Shown here one piece after another: positions 56,105-64,000 of a stretch of DNA of 64,000 bases. A program made the position numbers and the translations under genes. Origin of the DNA: Alphaproteobacteria bacterium (GTDB lineage: Bacteria; Pseudomonadota; Alphaproteobacteria; Rs-D84); NCBI GenBank assembly GCA_015062545.1, contig SUUL01000001.1:96375-160374 (forward strand), given 5' to 3'. Numbering within the stretch: the stretch's first letter is position 1; every line of letters starts with the position of its first letter. The notes below the pieces were generated by a model. It made no database searches. It saw nothing but the letters and a program-made list of their open reading frames with translations, and was not told the origin of the DNA.

Positions 56105-58633
56105 GTGGCAGAAAAAAGTAAACTGACCCCTGTGATGCAACAATATGTGGATATGAAGGCAGAAAATCCAGATGCATTGCTGATGTTTCGCTTGGGGGAT
56201 TTTTATGAATCTTTCTTTGAAGATGCAAAAGTTATCAGTAACGCATTGGGTTTGGTGTTGACCGCACGTGGCACAGATGGCGATGGTGTCAGTATTCCAA
56301 TGTGTGGTATTCCATGGCATGCCGCAGATAATTATTTCGGACGACTGGTGCGGGCAGGGCACAAGGTGGCACTGGTGGAACAAATGGAAACACCCGCCCA
56401 GGCCAAGGCGCGCGGACATAAATTTATTGAACGCAAGGTTGTGCGCGTTCTGACACCGGGCACATTGACAGATGAAAATTTACTGACCCCGAAAAATTCT
56501 AACTTTTTGGTGGCGGTGGCACCAATCAGTGGTGGCAAGTTTGATGTTGCAGGTTGCGACATTTCGACCGGTGATTTTTTTGTTGGACAAACAAAAGATA
56601 TTATTGATGATTTGGTGCGAATTAATCCTGCGGAAATTATCTTTCCTTTTTCATGCGCCGAAGAAAAAAATATTATGAAGTTGCGCGAACTGTTCAAGGC
56701 AACACCCGTATATGAAAAACTGTATCACCGCAGTGATATTGACATGGTTGTTGCACGTGTATTTGGCGGAACGATTGATGCAAACACGGTAACAACAGAT
56801 ATAGATAATGCAATTTGTTTGTTGGCGGGATATTTATTTAATACACAACGTGATGCAACAATAACTTTCCGCGCGCCGTATGTGTATAAGTCTGGCAAGC
56901 AATTATTGATTGATTCTGCAACATGGAAAAGTTTGGAAATTGATGCACCAATTAATGATGGTGGCGCGTGTCTGATTGATGTGTTAGACGAAACAAAAAC
57001 CGCCGCAGGGGCGCGTAAAATGCGTTCTTATCTGCGCAGTTTATCTGGCGATATTAACGAAATAAAAACACGCCAAGGGCATATTGCACACTTTTTATCC
57101 AACCCTGATGTCACCGGTTTGTTATCGGGGGTGTTGGCAAATGTGCCTGATGTTGGACGCGCGCTGTCACGATTGATGTCGGGGCGCGGAACACCACGTG
57201 ATATGCGACATATATCAGATTTCTTGGGGGTGTTGCCACGACTGCAGGTTTTGGCTTCTAGATTAGACACATCGTTGGGGGTACGTTTTGAAAACATTCG
57301 TACACATCATGAATTGGCCTTGCGGTTAAAAAACGCATTGGCGGATGAATTACCAACTTTCTTTCGTGATGGAAATGTAATTCGTGACGGATTTGATGTC
57401 GCATTGGATAATATGCGAAAACTGTCACACGGCGCGCGCGAGACCATTGCGGGGCTGCAATCTGAATATATCAGTCAGACAGGTATAAATACACTGAAAA
57501 TAAAATATAACAATATATTGGGATACTTTATTGAAATCCCCAGCGCACGTGCAGACATAATGCTGAAGCCAGATTCAGGTTTTATACATCGTCAGACAAT
57601 GGCTGGCAATATGCGCTTTACAACATCGCGATTGATTGATTTAGATAACGATGTTCGCAGTGCCGCAGAAAAAGCCGCCGCAATAGAAGCCGAAATTATC
57701 AATGGTTTTATTTCCGATATACGCGAAGTTTCCGATAATTTGTTGGATACGGCGGATTTGTTGGCAGATACAGATGTATGGATTTCTTTGGCAACGGTTG
57801 CAGATAAATATTCTTGGGTGTGTCCAAAAATTAGCCAAGATTGCGCGTTTGATATTGTGGGTGGACGACATCCGGTTATTGAATCCGTTTTGCGTTCACG
57901 TGGGGATAATTTTGTAAAGAATGATTGTAACCTGAATCGGCGCGCAATCGCATTGTTGACCGGGCCGAATATGGCAGGTAAATCAACATACCTGCGCCAA
58001 AATGCAATTATCGTTGTGTTGGCGCATTTGGGTTCTTTTGTGCCGGCACAATCTGCAAATATTGGTATTTGTGACCAATTATTCAGTCGTGTTGGTGCAT
58101 CAGACAACCTGGCCGCAGGACAATCAACCTTTATGGTGGAAATGAGTGAGACTGCCAACATATTAAACCGCGCAACAAAACAATCGTTTATCATATTTGA
58201 TGAAATCGGACGTGGAACTGCAACGTATGACGGTATGGCAATCGCCCAAGCGGTATTAGAATACCTGAACGAATTAAACCCACGCACCTTGTTTGCAACA
58301 CACTATCACGAACTGACACGGTTGGCGTGTGGCGAAAACTGCAGTTTGGAAAATGTTTCTTGTCTGACGATTGATGTGCGTGAACACAATAATAATATTA
58401 TCTTTATGCACAAGATTATTAATGGTGTTGCAAATCGTTCTTATGGTATTCAGGTTGCAAAAATGGCAGGAATGCCATCTTCTGTGGTTGCACGTGCAGA
58501 ATCTGTATTGGGGACATTAGAATCCAGCAACATACAATGCGCAACCCAAACCAACGCGCCTGTACAACAAAAACAAAAAGTAAAAAACGCGGTGTCAGAC
58601 GGTACAAAATCGCAGTTAAACTTATTCGGGTAA
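56105..58633 (+). CDS. mutS: DNA mismatch repair protein MutS
   Basis: N-terminal mismatch-binding TPVMQQYVDMK, Walker A GPNMAGKST, ..STFMVEM.., HTH. GTG start. Confidence 0.9.
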   Translation: MAEKSKLTPVMQQYVDMKAENPDALLMFRLGDFYESFFEDAKVISNALGLVLTARGTDGDGVSIPMCGIPWHAADNYFGRLVRAGHKVALVEQMETPAQAKARGHKFIERKVVRVLTPGTLTDENLLTPKNSNFLVAVAPISGGKFDVAGCDISTGDFFVGQTKDIIDDLVRINPAEIIFPFSCAEEKNIMKLRELFKATPVYEKLYHRSDIDMVVARVFGGTIDANTVTTDIDNAICLLAGYLFNTQRDATITFRAPYVYKSGKQLLIDSATWKSLEIDAPINDGGACLIDVLDETKTAAGARKMRSYLRSLSGDINEIKTRQGHIAHFLSNPDVTGLLSGVLANVPDVGRALSRLMSGRGTPRDMRHISDFLGVLPRLQVLASRLDTSLGVRFENIRTHHELALRLKNALADELPTFFRDGNVIRDGFDVALDNMRKLSHGARETIAGLQSEYISQTGINTLKIKYNNILGYFIEIPSARADIMLKPDSGFIHRQTMAGNMRFTTSRLIDLDNDVRSAAEKAAAIEAEIINGFISDIREVSDNLLDTADLLADTDVWISLATVADKYSWVCPKISQDCAFDIVGGRHPVIESVLRSRGDNFVKNDCNLNRRAIALLTGPNMAGKSTYLRQNAIIVVLAHLGSFVPAQSANIGICDQLFSRVGASDNLAAGQSTFMVEMSETANILNRATKQSFIIFDEIGRGTATYDGMAIAQAVLEYLNELNPRTLFATHYHELTRLACGENCSLENVSCLTIDVREHNNNIIFMHKIINGVANRSYGIQVAKMAGMPSSVVARAESVLGTLESSNIQCATQTNAPVQQKQKVKNAVSDGTKSQLNLFG

Positions 58634-58647
58634 AAAAGGTGTAAGAC

Positions 58648-59088
58648 ATGGAAATAAAAACAGTTATAGAGGCGAGTGGAAATTTCGTTGATAAAAAATA
58701 CAGTAACGTAACCCTGAACAATAAAAAACAACTGCAACAATATTTAACCGAACAATTAAAATATGCATTTGAACGATTGTGGCATCACCCAATTATTGTG
58801 TTGCACACAAAACTTATCGGCACAATTAATGGGTACGAGATAAATTCTACTTTGTCGCAACGCGGATTGCCAATATATGTGGCAGATAGTTACAAACGTA
58901 AAGACGGTAAAAATATTGTATTCAACCCACTGCGTGGCACGGATTGTCATGTATCTGATGATTATGTCGTGATGGATTGTAATGGCGAACAACTGTGGCC
59001 GCCATTATCTGCAAACACACACAGCGAAGTGGAAAAATTCGCCAATCGCGCATTTAATACGATTTATAAGGTTGAAAAAGTACGATAA
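58648..59088 (+). CDS. hypothetical protein (146 aa) co-transcribed between mutS and truB
   Basis: AAGGTG SD. Its stop overlaps the truB ATG (TAATG). No recognisable family. Confidence 0.5.
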   Translation: MEIKTVIEASGNFVDKKYSNVTLNNKKQLQQYLTEQLKYAFERLWHHPIIVLHTKLIGTINGYEINSTLSQRGLPIYVADSYKRKDGKNIVFNPLRGTDCHVSDDYVVMDCNGEQLWPPLSANTHSEVEKFANRAFNTIYKVEKVR

Positions 59089-59960
59089 TGATATCTGGAT
59101 GGATTATCTTGGACAAAGACAGCGGACTGTTTTCACGAACAGCGGGGGGGCGTGTTGCGCGTATGTTGGGGGTAAAAAAGTTCGGTCATATCGGAACACT
59201 GGACCCAATGGCAACCGGTGTATTGCCCATCGCAATCGGGGATGCAACCAAGATGATTCCGTTCGTAGAAGAAATAAACCCGTCTGTCAAAGAATATCTG
59301 TTTTCGTGTCAATTTGGTTTTGAAACAGATACACTGGATATTACAGGGAATGAAACAGAACGCAATAACATCATTCCAACAGAATCCGATGTTGAAAGCG
59401 CAACAAAACAACTGATTGGAAAAATTAAACAAGTACCACCGGTATATTCTGCGGTACATGTTGACGGTGTGCGCGCGTATGATGCGGCACGGCGCGGTAA
59501 AGACATTCATATACCGGCGCGCGATATTGAGATTTACGAACTGGAATTCACAGGCAAGCATGGCAATTCTTGGCATTTTCGCGTAAAGTGCAGTCGCGGC
59601 ACATACGTACGTGCAATCGCACGCGATATTGCAAAAATCTGTGGCACAATCGCAACCGTTGATATGATAAGACGAACACAAACAAATGGGTTTGATATAA
59701 AAAATGCGGTAAAACTTGATTTTTTGGAAAAAGTATTTAATAATAGTGGAAATTTCGGGGATAACCTGAAATCGGTTGATTTTGGACTGGGGGACATTCC
59801 GGTTCTGAATCTGGATGACAGGGCGGCTGATTTTTATAAAAACGGTGGCTTTGTTAAAACGGACGCAAGTGACGGTTTGGTGCGTGTTTACAGCGGTGAC
59901 ATATTCATTGGTGTGGGCATGGTACAAGACGGACAACTGCGACCAAAACGAACAATATAA
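59088..59960 (+). CDS. truB: tRNA pseudouridine(55) synthase TruB
   Basis: Catalytic GTLDPMATGVLPIAIGDATK motif. Confidence 0.85.
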   Translation: MISGWIILDKDSGLFSRTAGGRVARMLGVKKFGHIGTLDPMATGVLPIAIGDATKMIPFVEEINPSVKEYLFSCQFGFETDTLDITGNETERNNIIPTESDVESATKQLIGKIKQVPPVYSAVHVDGVRAYDAARRGKDIHIPARDIEIYELEFTGKHGNSWHFRVKCSRGTYVRAIARDIAKICGTIATVDMIRRTQTNGFDIKNAVKLDFLEKVFNNSGNFGDNLKSVDFGLGDIPVLNLDDRAADFYKNGGFVKTDASDGLVRVYSGDIFIGVGMVQDGQLRPKRTI

Positions 59961-59977
59961 AAACAAAGGAAAATATA

Positions 59978-60250
59978 ATGTCCGTAACAAAAGCAAAAAA
60001 GTCTGAATTGATTCAGGAATACAAAGTTTCTGAAAAAGACAATGGTGGTTCAGTTGAATCACAGGTTGCTGTGTTAACAGAACGCATTCGCAACTTGACA
60101 GAACATATGAAGGCAAATCACAAAGACAACCATTCAAAACGTGGGTTGTTGTTGATGGTAAATCGCCGTAAAAAATTGTTGGCCTATATCAAGAAACGTA
60201 ACCCAGAAGATTACGAAGCCTTGATTAAAAAGTTGGGTCTGCGTAAATAA
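59978..60250 (+). CDS. rpsO: 30S ribosomal protein S15
   Basis: 89 aa; ..ESQVAVLTERIRNLTEHMKANHKDNHSKRGLL.. is typical of S15. Confidence 0.9.
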   Translation: MSVTKAKKSELIQEYKVSEKDNGGSVESQVAVLTERIRNLTEHMKANHKDNHSKRGLLLMVNRRKKLLAYIKKRNPEDYEALIKKLGLRK

Positions 60251-60253
60251 AAA

Positions 60254-60277
60254 ATCCGGCGTTTGCCGGTTTTTTTG
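60254..60277 (+). terminator. intrinsic terminator (ccggcgtttgccgg + T7)
   Basis: Same hairpin family, right after rpsO. Confidence 0.7.
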
Positions 60278-60297
60278 TGACATTAGACATGTGACAT
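60277..60297 (+). repeat. three tandem 7-bp direct repeats GTGACAT-TAGACAT-GTGACAT overlapping a candidate promoter (TAGACA-17-TATAAA)
   Basis: Seen directly in the sequence. Possible operator just upstream of leader D. Confidence 0.4.
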
Positions 60298-60352
60298 GAC
60301 ACGGCATATAAAATCACTGGCATTTTTTATATTTAATCAGTATAATCGTTTT

Positions 60353-60521
60353 GACATTTGTTAGTGAAAGGGCATGAACACCCTAATTCAGCAAAAACAA
60401 ATGCCCGACCGTTGGTCGGGATGCTGCGTGCCGAAAGGGCGTGGGGTTTTGCTGAATTAGACTGTTCAACTCCCGACCACTTTTCAAATGTGGTCTTTTT
60501 TTTATTACAGGAGTTTTTTTC
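60353..60521 (+). promoter_or_regulatory. structured 5' leader D: 13-bp P1 (60384-60396 with 60447-60459) enclosing two hairpins, then a terminator; covarying analog of leaders A-C
   Basis: CCCGACC (60404-60410) - gttg - GGTCGGG (60414-60420). A second CCCGACC (60472-60478) overlaps the terminator GACCAC-ttttcaaatg-GTGGTC + T8 (60475-60503). The terminator loop TTTTCAAATG also occurs in leader A's terminator loop. A TATAAT at 60341-60346 and a TTGACA at 60351-60356 lie upstream. Confidence 0.5.
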
Positions 60522-60698
60522 ATGTCATACATTTCTTATAAAGCCCAAGGTCGCCCCACACGCGAAGAAATTATCGAAGCCGTATTTGAATCTTACTTGA
60601 ACCTGACACGCACAATAAAAAAACTGGAAAAAATCTATAAACGCGAACTGAATTACAGAAAAAGAAAATATAAAAATTCTGTAGTAAATAATCTATAA
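60522..60698 (+). CDS. small basic 'GRPTR'-motif protein (58 aa), paralog of 45786..46007; below the ORF-track length cutoff
   Basis: MSYISYKAQGRPTREEIIEAVFESYLNLTRTIKKLEKIYKRELNYRKRKYKNSVVNNL. AGGAG SD 8 nt upstream (60509-60513). Own terminator downstream. Confidence 0.4.
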   Translation: MSYISYKAQGRPTREEIIEAVFESYLNLTRTIKKLEKIYKRELNYRKRKYKNSVVNNL

Positions 60699-60702
60699 AA
60701 AA

Positions 60703-60729
60703 GCCGGCAAATGCCGGTCTTTTTATTTT
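60703..60729. terminator. bidirectional intrinsic terminator (agccggcaaatgccggtct + T-run)
   Basis: Same hairpin family. Overlaps the sspB stop on the minus strand. Confidence 0.65.
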
Positions 60730-61187
60730 CTGTTTTTCCGAAATTCGTCCAACGATACAACACGCCCAGGATCGGGAACCGTGTCCGGTTTTTCATCCAA
60801 TGGCAATTCCATGTCGTTATCCGCAGATGCATTTTGGGGCTTTGGCTGAAAAGATAACATAAAGTCAACAGACGGATCCTTGAATTCAACCAGCGCAGAA
60901 AACGGAACACGAATAAAGAATGGACGACCGTCAAATGTTAACTGAACGCCAAATTCTTTGTCTGATACATGCAGATTGTTATACGAATACTGTAACACTA
61001 TTGTCATGATGTCTGGATATCTGATGCGCAAAAAGTCCGGCAACACAACACCATTATCGCGTGTGCGAAATGTAATAAAGAAATGTGTGCCATCCCCCAG
61101 GCCATTAAACTGCGCATGAACCAATGCGTCTTTGACAACGGACTTTAATGCGTTATCCAGTAATGTTTGATAATCTATACGTGCCAT
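60723..61187 (-). CDS. sspB: ClpXP adaptor SspB-like protein (alphaproteobacterial type)
   Basis: N-terminal ..YQTLLDNALKSVVKDAL..THFFITF..GVVLPDFLRIRYPDIMTIVLQY.. resembles SspB. Acidic C-terminal tail. Overlaps recF (ATGA). Confidence 0.6.
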   Translation of the reverse strand: MARIDYQTLLDNALKSVVKDALVHAQFNGLGDGTHFFITFRTRDNGVVLPDFLRIRYPDIMTIVLQYSYNNLHVSDKEFGVQLTFDGRPFFIRVPFSALVEFKDPSVDFMLSFQPKPQNASADNDMELPLDEKPDTVPDPGRVVSLDEFRKNRK

Positions 61188-61192
61188 AATAT

Positions 61193-62272
61193 TCACCCCG
61201 CCAATACTATATTACTTATTTCCCCATTCTGGCAAGTAACAAATGCAGCATTTGGAACATCACGAAAAACGTCTGCATCCAAACCTGTTGCCCAAACCTG
61301 GGCATTTGCATCACCAAGTTCCTGAAATAATTTTGCGCGCGCGGTCGCATCCAGGTGCGCAGCCGCTTCGTCTAATAAAATTAATGGCGTATATCCCATC
61401 TTGGTATGTAACAGGTGGGCATGCGCCAAAATCAAATCAAGCAAGACCATTTTTTGCTGACCTGTACTGGTGATACTTGCGGGTAAATTCAATTCCCGAT
61501 TAAAGACACCAAAGTCAGATTTATGCGCGCCATCTAAAACCATCTTGTCGCCAATTAATTCACGATTGGATTTCAAATATTCCAGATAAGAACGTTCCAC
61601 ATCACCCGCGGATACCCCACCCAACAACATCTGTTCCAATTTACCAGAAACAGATACCGCACAACGCGATAAAAAATAATTCAATTCGCCCGCATACTGA
61701 ATACGCGCAACAGATATTGCAACAGATGTTCCGGCAATCTGTGTATCCAATGCATCAAGCCAATGCGAATCAGCACCTGATTTTAACGCGTATGCACGTT
61801 CACTTAATAACTTGGACAGTTTTGCCATGCGGCCTGCGTGCGCGGAATCAAAACTGGTGGCAAGACGGTCAAAAAACGCACGTCTGTCAGATGCACTGTC
61901 CACAAACAATCTGTCTTCACGTGGGGTTAACCATACAACGTGTACATGGCGCGCCAATTCACACAAAGGGGCATTATCGCCATCAATCTTGGCACGGCGA
62001 TTTGTGTCGCCAGATGAAAACTGAACAGATAACTGTGTATCATCAGATAATTCTGCAAAAATACCAAAGCCGCCACCACCACCAAAACGCGCCATATCAG
62101 ACATTTGTGCGCCACGCATTCCACGTTCGCCAGATAACATAGATACCGCTTCTAGAATCGCTGTTTTACCCGCGCCATTTGGGCCGGTTATGATAATATT
62201 GCGCCGACCGTGTGTTGTTATGCGACACATGTTATGGTTACGAAAATCTGTTAAAGATAGGCTGCTTATCAT
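61193..62272 (-). CDS. recF: DNA replication and repair protein RecF
   Basis: LTDFRNH.., Walker A GPNGAGKT, signature/Walker B region LLDEAAAHLD. Confidence 0.85.
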   Translation of the reverse strand: MISSLSLTDFRNHNMCRITTHGRRNIIITGPNGAGKTAILEAVSMLSGERGMRGAQMSDMARFGGGGGFGIFAELSDDTQLSVQFSSGDTNRRAKIDGDNAPLCELARHVHVVWLTPREDRLFVDSASDRRAFFDRLATSFDSAHAGRMAKLSKLLSERAYALKSGADSHWLDALDTQIAGTSVAISVARIQYAGELNYFLSRCAVSVSGKLEQMLLGGVSAGDVERSYLEYLKSNRELIGDKMVLDGAHKSDFGVFNRELNLPASITSTGQQKMVLLDLILAHAHLLHTKMGYTPLILLDEAAAHLDATARAKLFQELGDANAQVWATGLDADVFRDVPNAAFVTCQNGEISNIVLAG

Positions 62273-62384
62273 AAGCAAAATCTTACAAGAAAAATAACCT
62301 TGTGACAATCAAATAAAAATTATCCTGTTCTTATGCCGCTGGTGAATCTTTGCTCCTATGCGAACCGGGCCGGTTCAATTCCGG

Positions 62385-62407
62385 GCCTAAAAAAAATCAC
62401 CCTTGCG
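62385..62407. terminator. bidirectional intrinsic terminator (caccc-ttgc-gggtg with A-run/T-run)
   Basis: Directly 3' of tRNA-Cys on the minus strand. Confidence 0.6.
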
Positions 62408-62481
62408 GGTGCTTTTTTGGAGGCCTGGGTCGGAATCGAACCGGCATAGAAGGATTTGCAGTCCTCTGCATAACCACTCTG
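62408..62481 (-). tRNA. tRNA-Cys(GCA)
   Basis: Reverse complement: acceptor GGCCTGG/CCAGGCC, 3-bp D-stem, anticodon stem GAGGA/TCCTT, loop CTGCAAA (anticodon GCA), T-arm GCCGG-TTCGATT-CCGAC with one C-A mismatch, discriminator U, encoded CCA. Confidence 0.75.
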
Positions 62482-62584
62482 CCACCAGGCCTGAACCGTG
62501 TTGCAATATTACGCAAAAAAAAATTGTAATTCAACATAAAAATAAGTAATATATAAAATATTATATATGTAAGAGGGAAAAATT

Positions 62585-63928
62585 ATGAAGAAACTGCCAT
62601 TATTGTTGGTATGTTGCCTGAATTTGCCGGCTTTTGCGGGGGTGGATGATTGTATGACGCGCACAACCGTGCCAGATGGAAAATTAAGTCTGCCGGAAAT
62701 TATTGACCTGGGGTTGTGCCGCAATCCACAAACCAGTGCATCTTATCTGGCGTACGAATCGGCACGTTTTTCCAAAAATGCAGGTTATGCAAAATATTTA
62801 CCAAGTGTTAGTGTTGGCGCAAACGCATCTTTGCCATATCGTAACGAAGAATGGGGCGATTGGTCTTATGGCGCGTCTTTGTCTGCATCTTATTTGATTT
62901 TTGATTTCGGCAAAAGACTGTCTGACCTGAATCAATCGGCGGCTTCTTGGCGGGCAGCCGGATTTGACTATGATGAAAGCGTGCAAAATTATATATTCAG
63001 CATTATCGGGTCTTATTACGCATTACTGAATGCAGATGCAGATGTAAAATCCGCAGAAATGCTGCGTACAGTGGCACAAACCGCACGCGATACAGCAAAA
63101 AAGAAATTTAATGCAGGCGCTGTTGCCAAGGCGGATGTGTTAAAGGCAGACACAACATTGGCCAGCCGTGATTTGGATTTGGAACGCGCAAAAAATAATC
63201 GCGAAATCGCAAAAGGAACTTTGCTTAGCAAACTGTCTTTCCCAGCAGACCAAAATATTGAAATCGCAGATATGCCTTCAGAAATCGGTACACCACAGGA
63301 AACAAAGTCTTTGGAAGATTTGTTTGCACAAGCACAAAAAACACGCCCCGATCTGTTGCGCGCAACCGCCAACAAGGATGCCGCATGGCACAGAAGAAAC
63401 AGTACTTTCTTGAGCAACTTGCCATCTATTTCTGCATCTGGTTCCGTGTCTTGGAACGACACCCCGTCTGAAACATTTAATGCAGGACAAGATAAAATCA
63501 GCGGCAGTATCGGTATTCGCGCGTCTATGCCACTGTTTGCAGGTTTTGCAAATATGTACAATTTGCGCGCTGCACAGGCAAACTATGAACGCGCAAAAGA
63601 ACAAGAAAGAAATATTCAAGATTCTGCATCACTGGATATTTTTAGTGCATATCAAAATTATAAAACTGCACAAACCGTTCTGAAGCAGACCGAAACATTA
63701 CTGAAATCCGCAACAGAAAGCGAAAAGGTAACCGCAGGTATGTACAAAGTTGGGCGCGCAACAATGTTGGATTGGCAAACCGCACAATCAGAATTAGTAA
63801 CCGCAGAAAAACAAAACAATGCCGCAAAATATGACTTGTTTACTAAACGCGCCGCAGTTGCGTTGGCGGTCGGTGAAATCAAAGCAGAATTAGAACAGGA
63901 GAGAGCAAATGCCCAAGAAAACAACTAA
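62585..63928 (+). CDS. TolC-family outer-membrane efflux protein
   Basis: Signal peptide, two tandem OEP repeats with helical and beta segments. AGGGAAA SD. Confidence 0.8.
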   Translation: MKKLPLLLVCCLNLPAFAGVDDCMTRTTVPDGKLSLPEIIDLGLCRNPQTSASYLAYESARFSKNAGYAKYLPSVSVGANASLPYRNEEWGDWSYGASLSASYLIFDFGKRLSDLNQSAASWRAAGFDYDESVQNYIFSIIGSYYALLNADADVKSAEMLRTVAQTARDTAKKKFNAGAVAKADVLKADTTLASRDLDLERAKNNREIAKGTLLSKLSFPADQNIEIADMPSEIGTPQETKSLEDLFAQAQKTRPDLLRATANKDAAWHRRNSTFLSNLPSISASGSVSWNDTPSETFNAGQDKISGSIGIRASMPLFAGFANMYNLRAAQANYERAKEQERNIQDSASLDIFSAYQNYKTAQTVLKQTETLLKSATESEKVTAGMYKVGRATMLDWQTAQSELVTAEKQNNAAKYDLFTKRAAVALAVGEIKAELEQERANAQENN

Positions 63929-64000
63929 GATAAAAATTAAAAAAAAGCAGCCTGTAAATGACACACCTGCACAAACAAAAAGACCTTGGTTAATATGGCG
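63909..64000 (+). CDS. 5' end of a downstream gene (partial), possibly an efflux membrane-fusion protein
   Basis: ATG at 63909 overlapping the tolC end. Lys-rich N-terminus MPKKTTKIKIKKKQ... Truncated by the window edge. Confidence 0.3.
   Translation, partial: MPKKTTKIKIKKKQPVNDTPAQTKRPWLIW

Noticed and set aside
59133-60137. 334-aa minus-strand ORF
   Set aside because: It is antisense to truB and rpsO, both of which have unambiguous family motifs. It is an artefact of low-stop antisense frames.
60358-60600. 80-aa plus-strand ORF in the ORF track
   Set aside because: It runs through the structured leader D and its terminator and has no SD. The adjacent 58-aa frame (60522..60698) has a strong AGGAG SD and a paralog elsewhere in the window.

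Overview
This window looks like a chromosomal segment from an AT-rich alphaproteobacterium, probably an intracellular Rickettsiales/Holosporales-like organism; the lineage call is inference from gene content (VirD4-family protein, eukaryote-like Cys-rich secreted protein, compact operons). Most of the window is densely packed housekeeping genes: rpoH, pnp, ybaB, truA, fmt, def, infC, pal, parAB, rsmG, gpsA, der, mreB, rnpA-yidD, accBC, metG, queH, fabDG, mnmG, ileS, nth, lptFG-like/lptD, surA-like, rlmN, xseB, mutS, truB, rpsO, sspB, recF and a TolC-like protein. It also carries four tRNAs: Val-TAC, Val-GAC, Thr-CGT and Cys-GCA. Many genes are followed by one stereotyped terminator hairpin, CCGGCAtttGCCGG plus a T-run. 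Several things stand out.

1. Four about 170-210-nt 5' leaders share an attenuator-like architecture: a hairpin CTCCAACC..GGTTGGAG, then a second CTCCAACC copy overlapping an intrinsic terminator just before the SD/ATG. One leader carries CCCGACC/GGTCGGG instead, which is compensatory covariation. The leaders sit in front of three tiny putative DNA-binding genes (one XRE HTH, two paralogous 'GRPTR' proteins) and a secreted eukaryote-like Cys-rich repeat protein.

2. A GC-rich repeat family of about 72 bp has three full copies and one partial inverted copy, bracketing a DUF559 (Vsr-like endonuclease fold) gene.

3. Three tandem small Cys-rich ORFs are wedged into the def-fmt-truA operon.

4. 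A radical-SAM enzyme of unknown function sits as a single-gene unit beside the par locus.

5. A VirD4/TraG-like type IV coupling protein appears with no virB genes nearby.

6. infC starts at AUU.

No rRNA, CRISPR array or obvious intact mobile element was seen.
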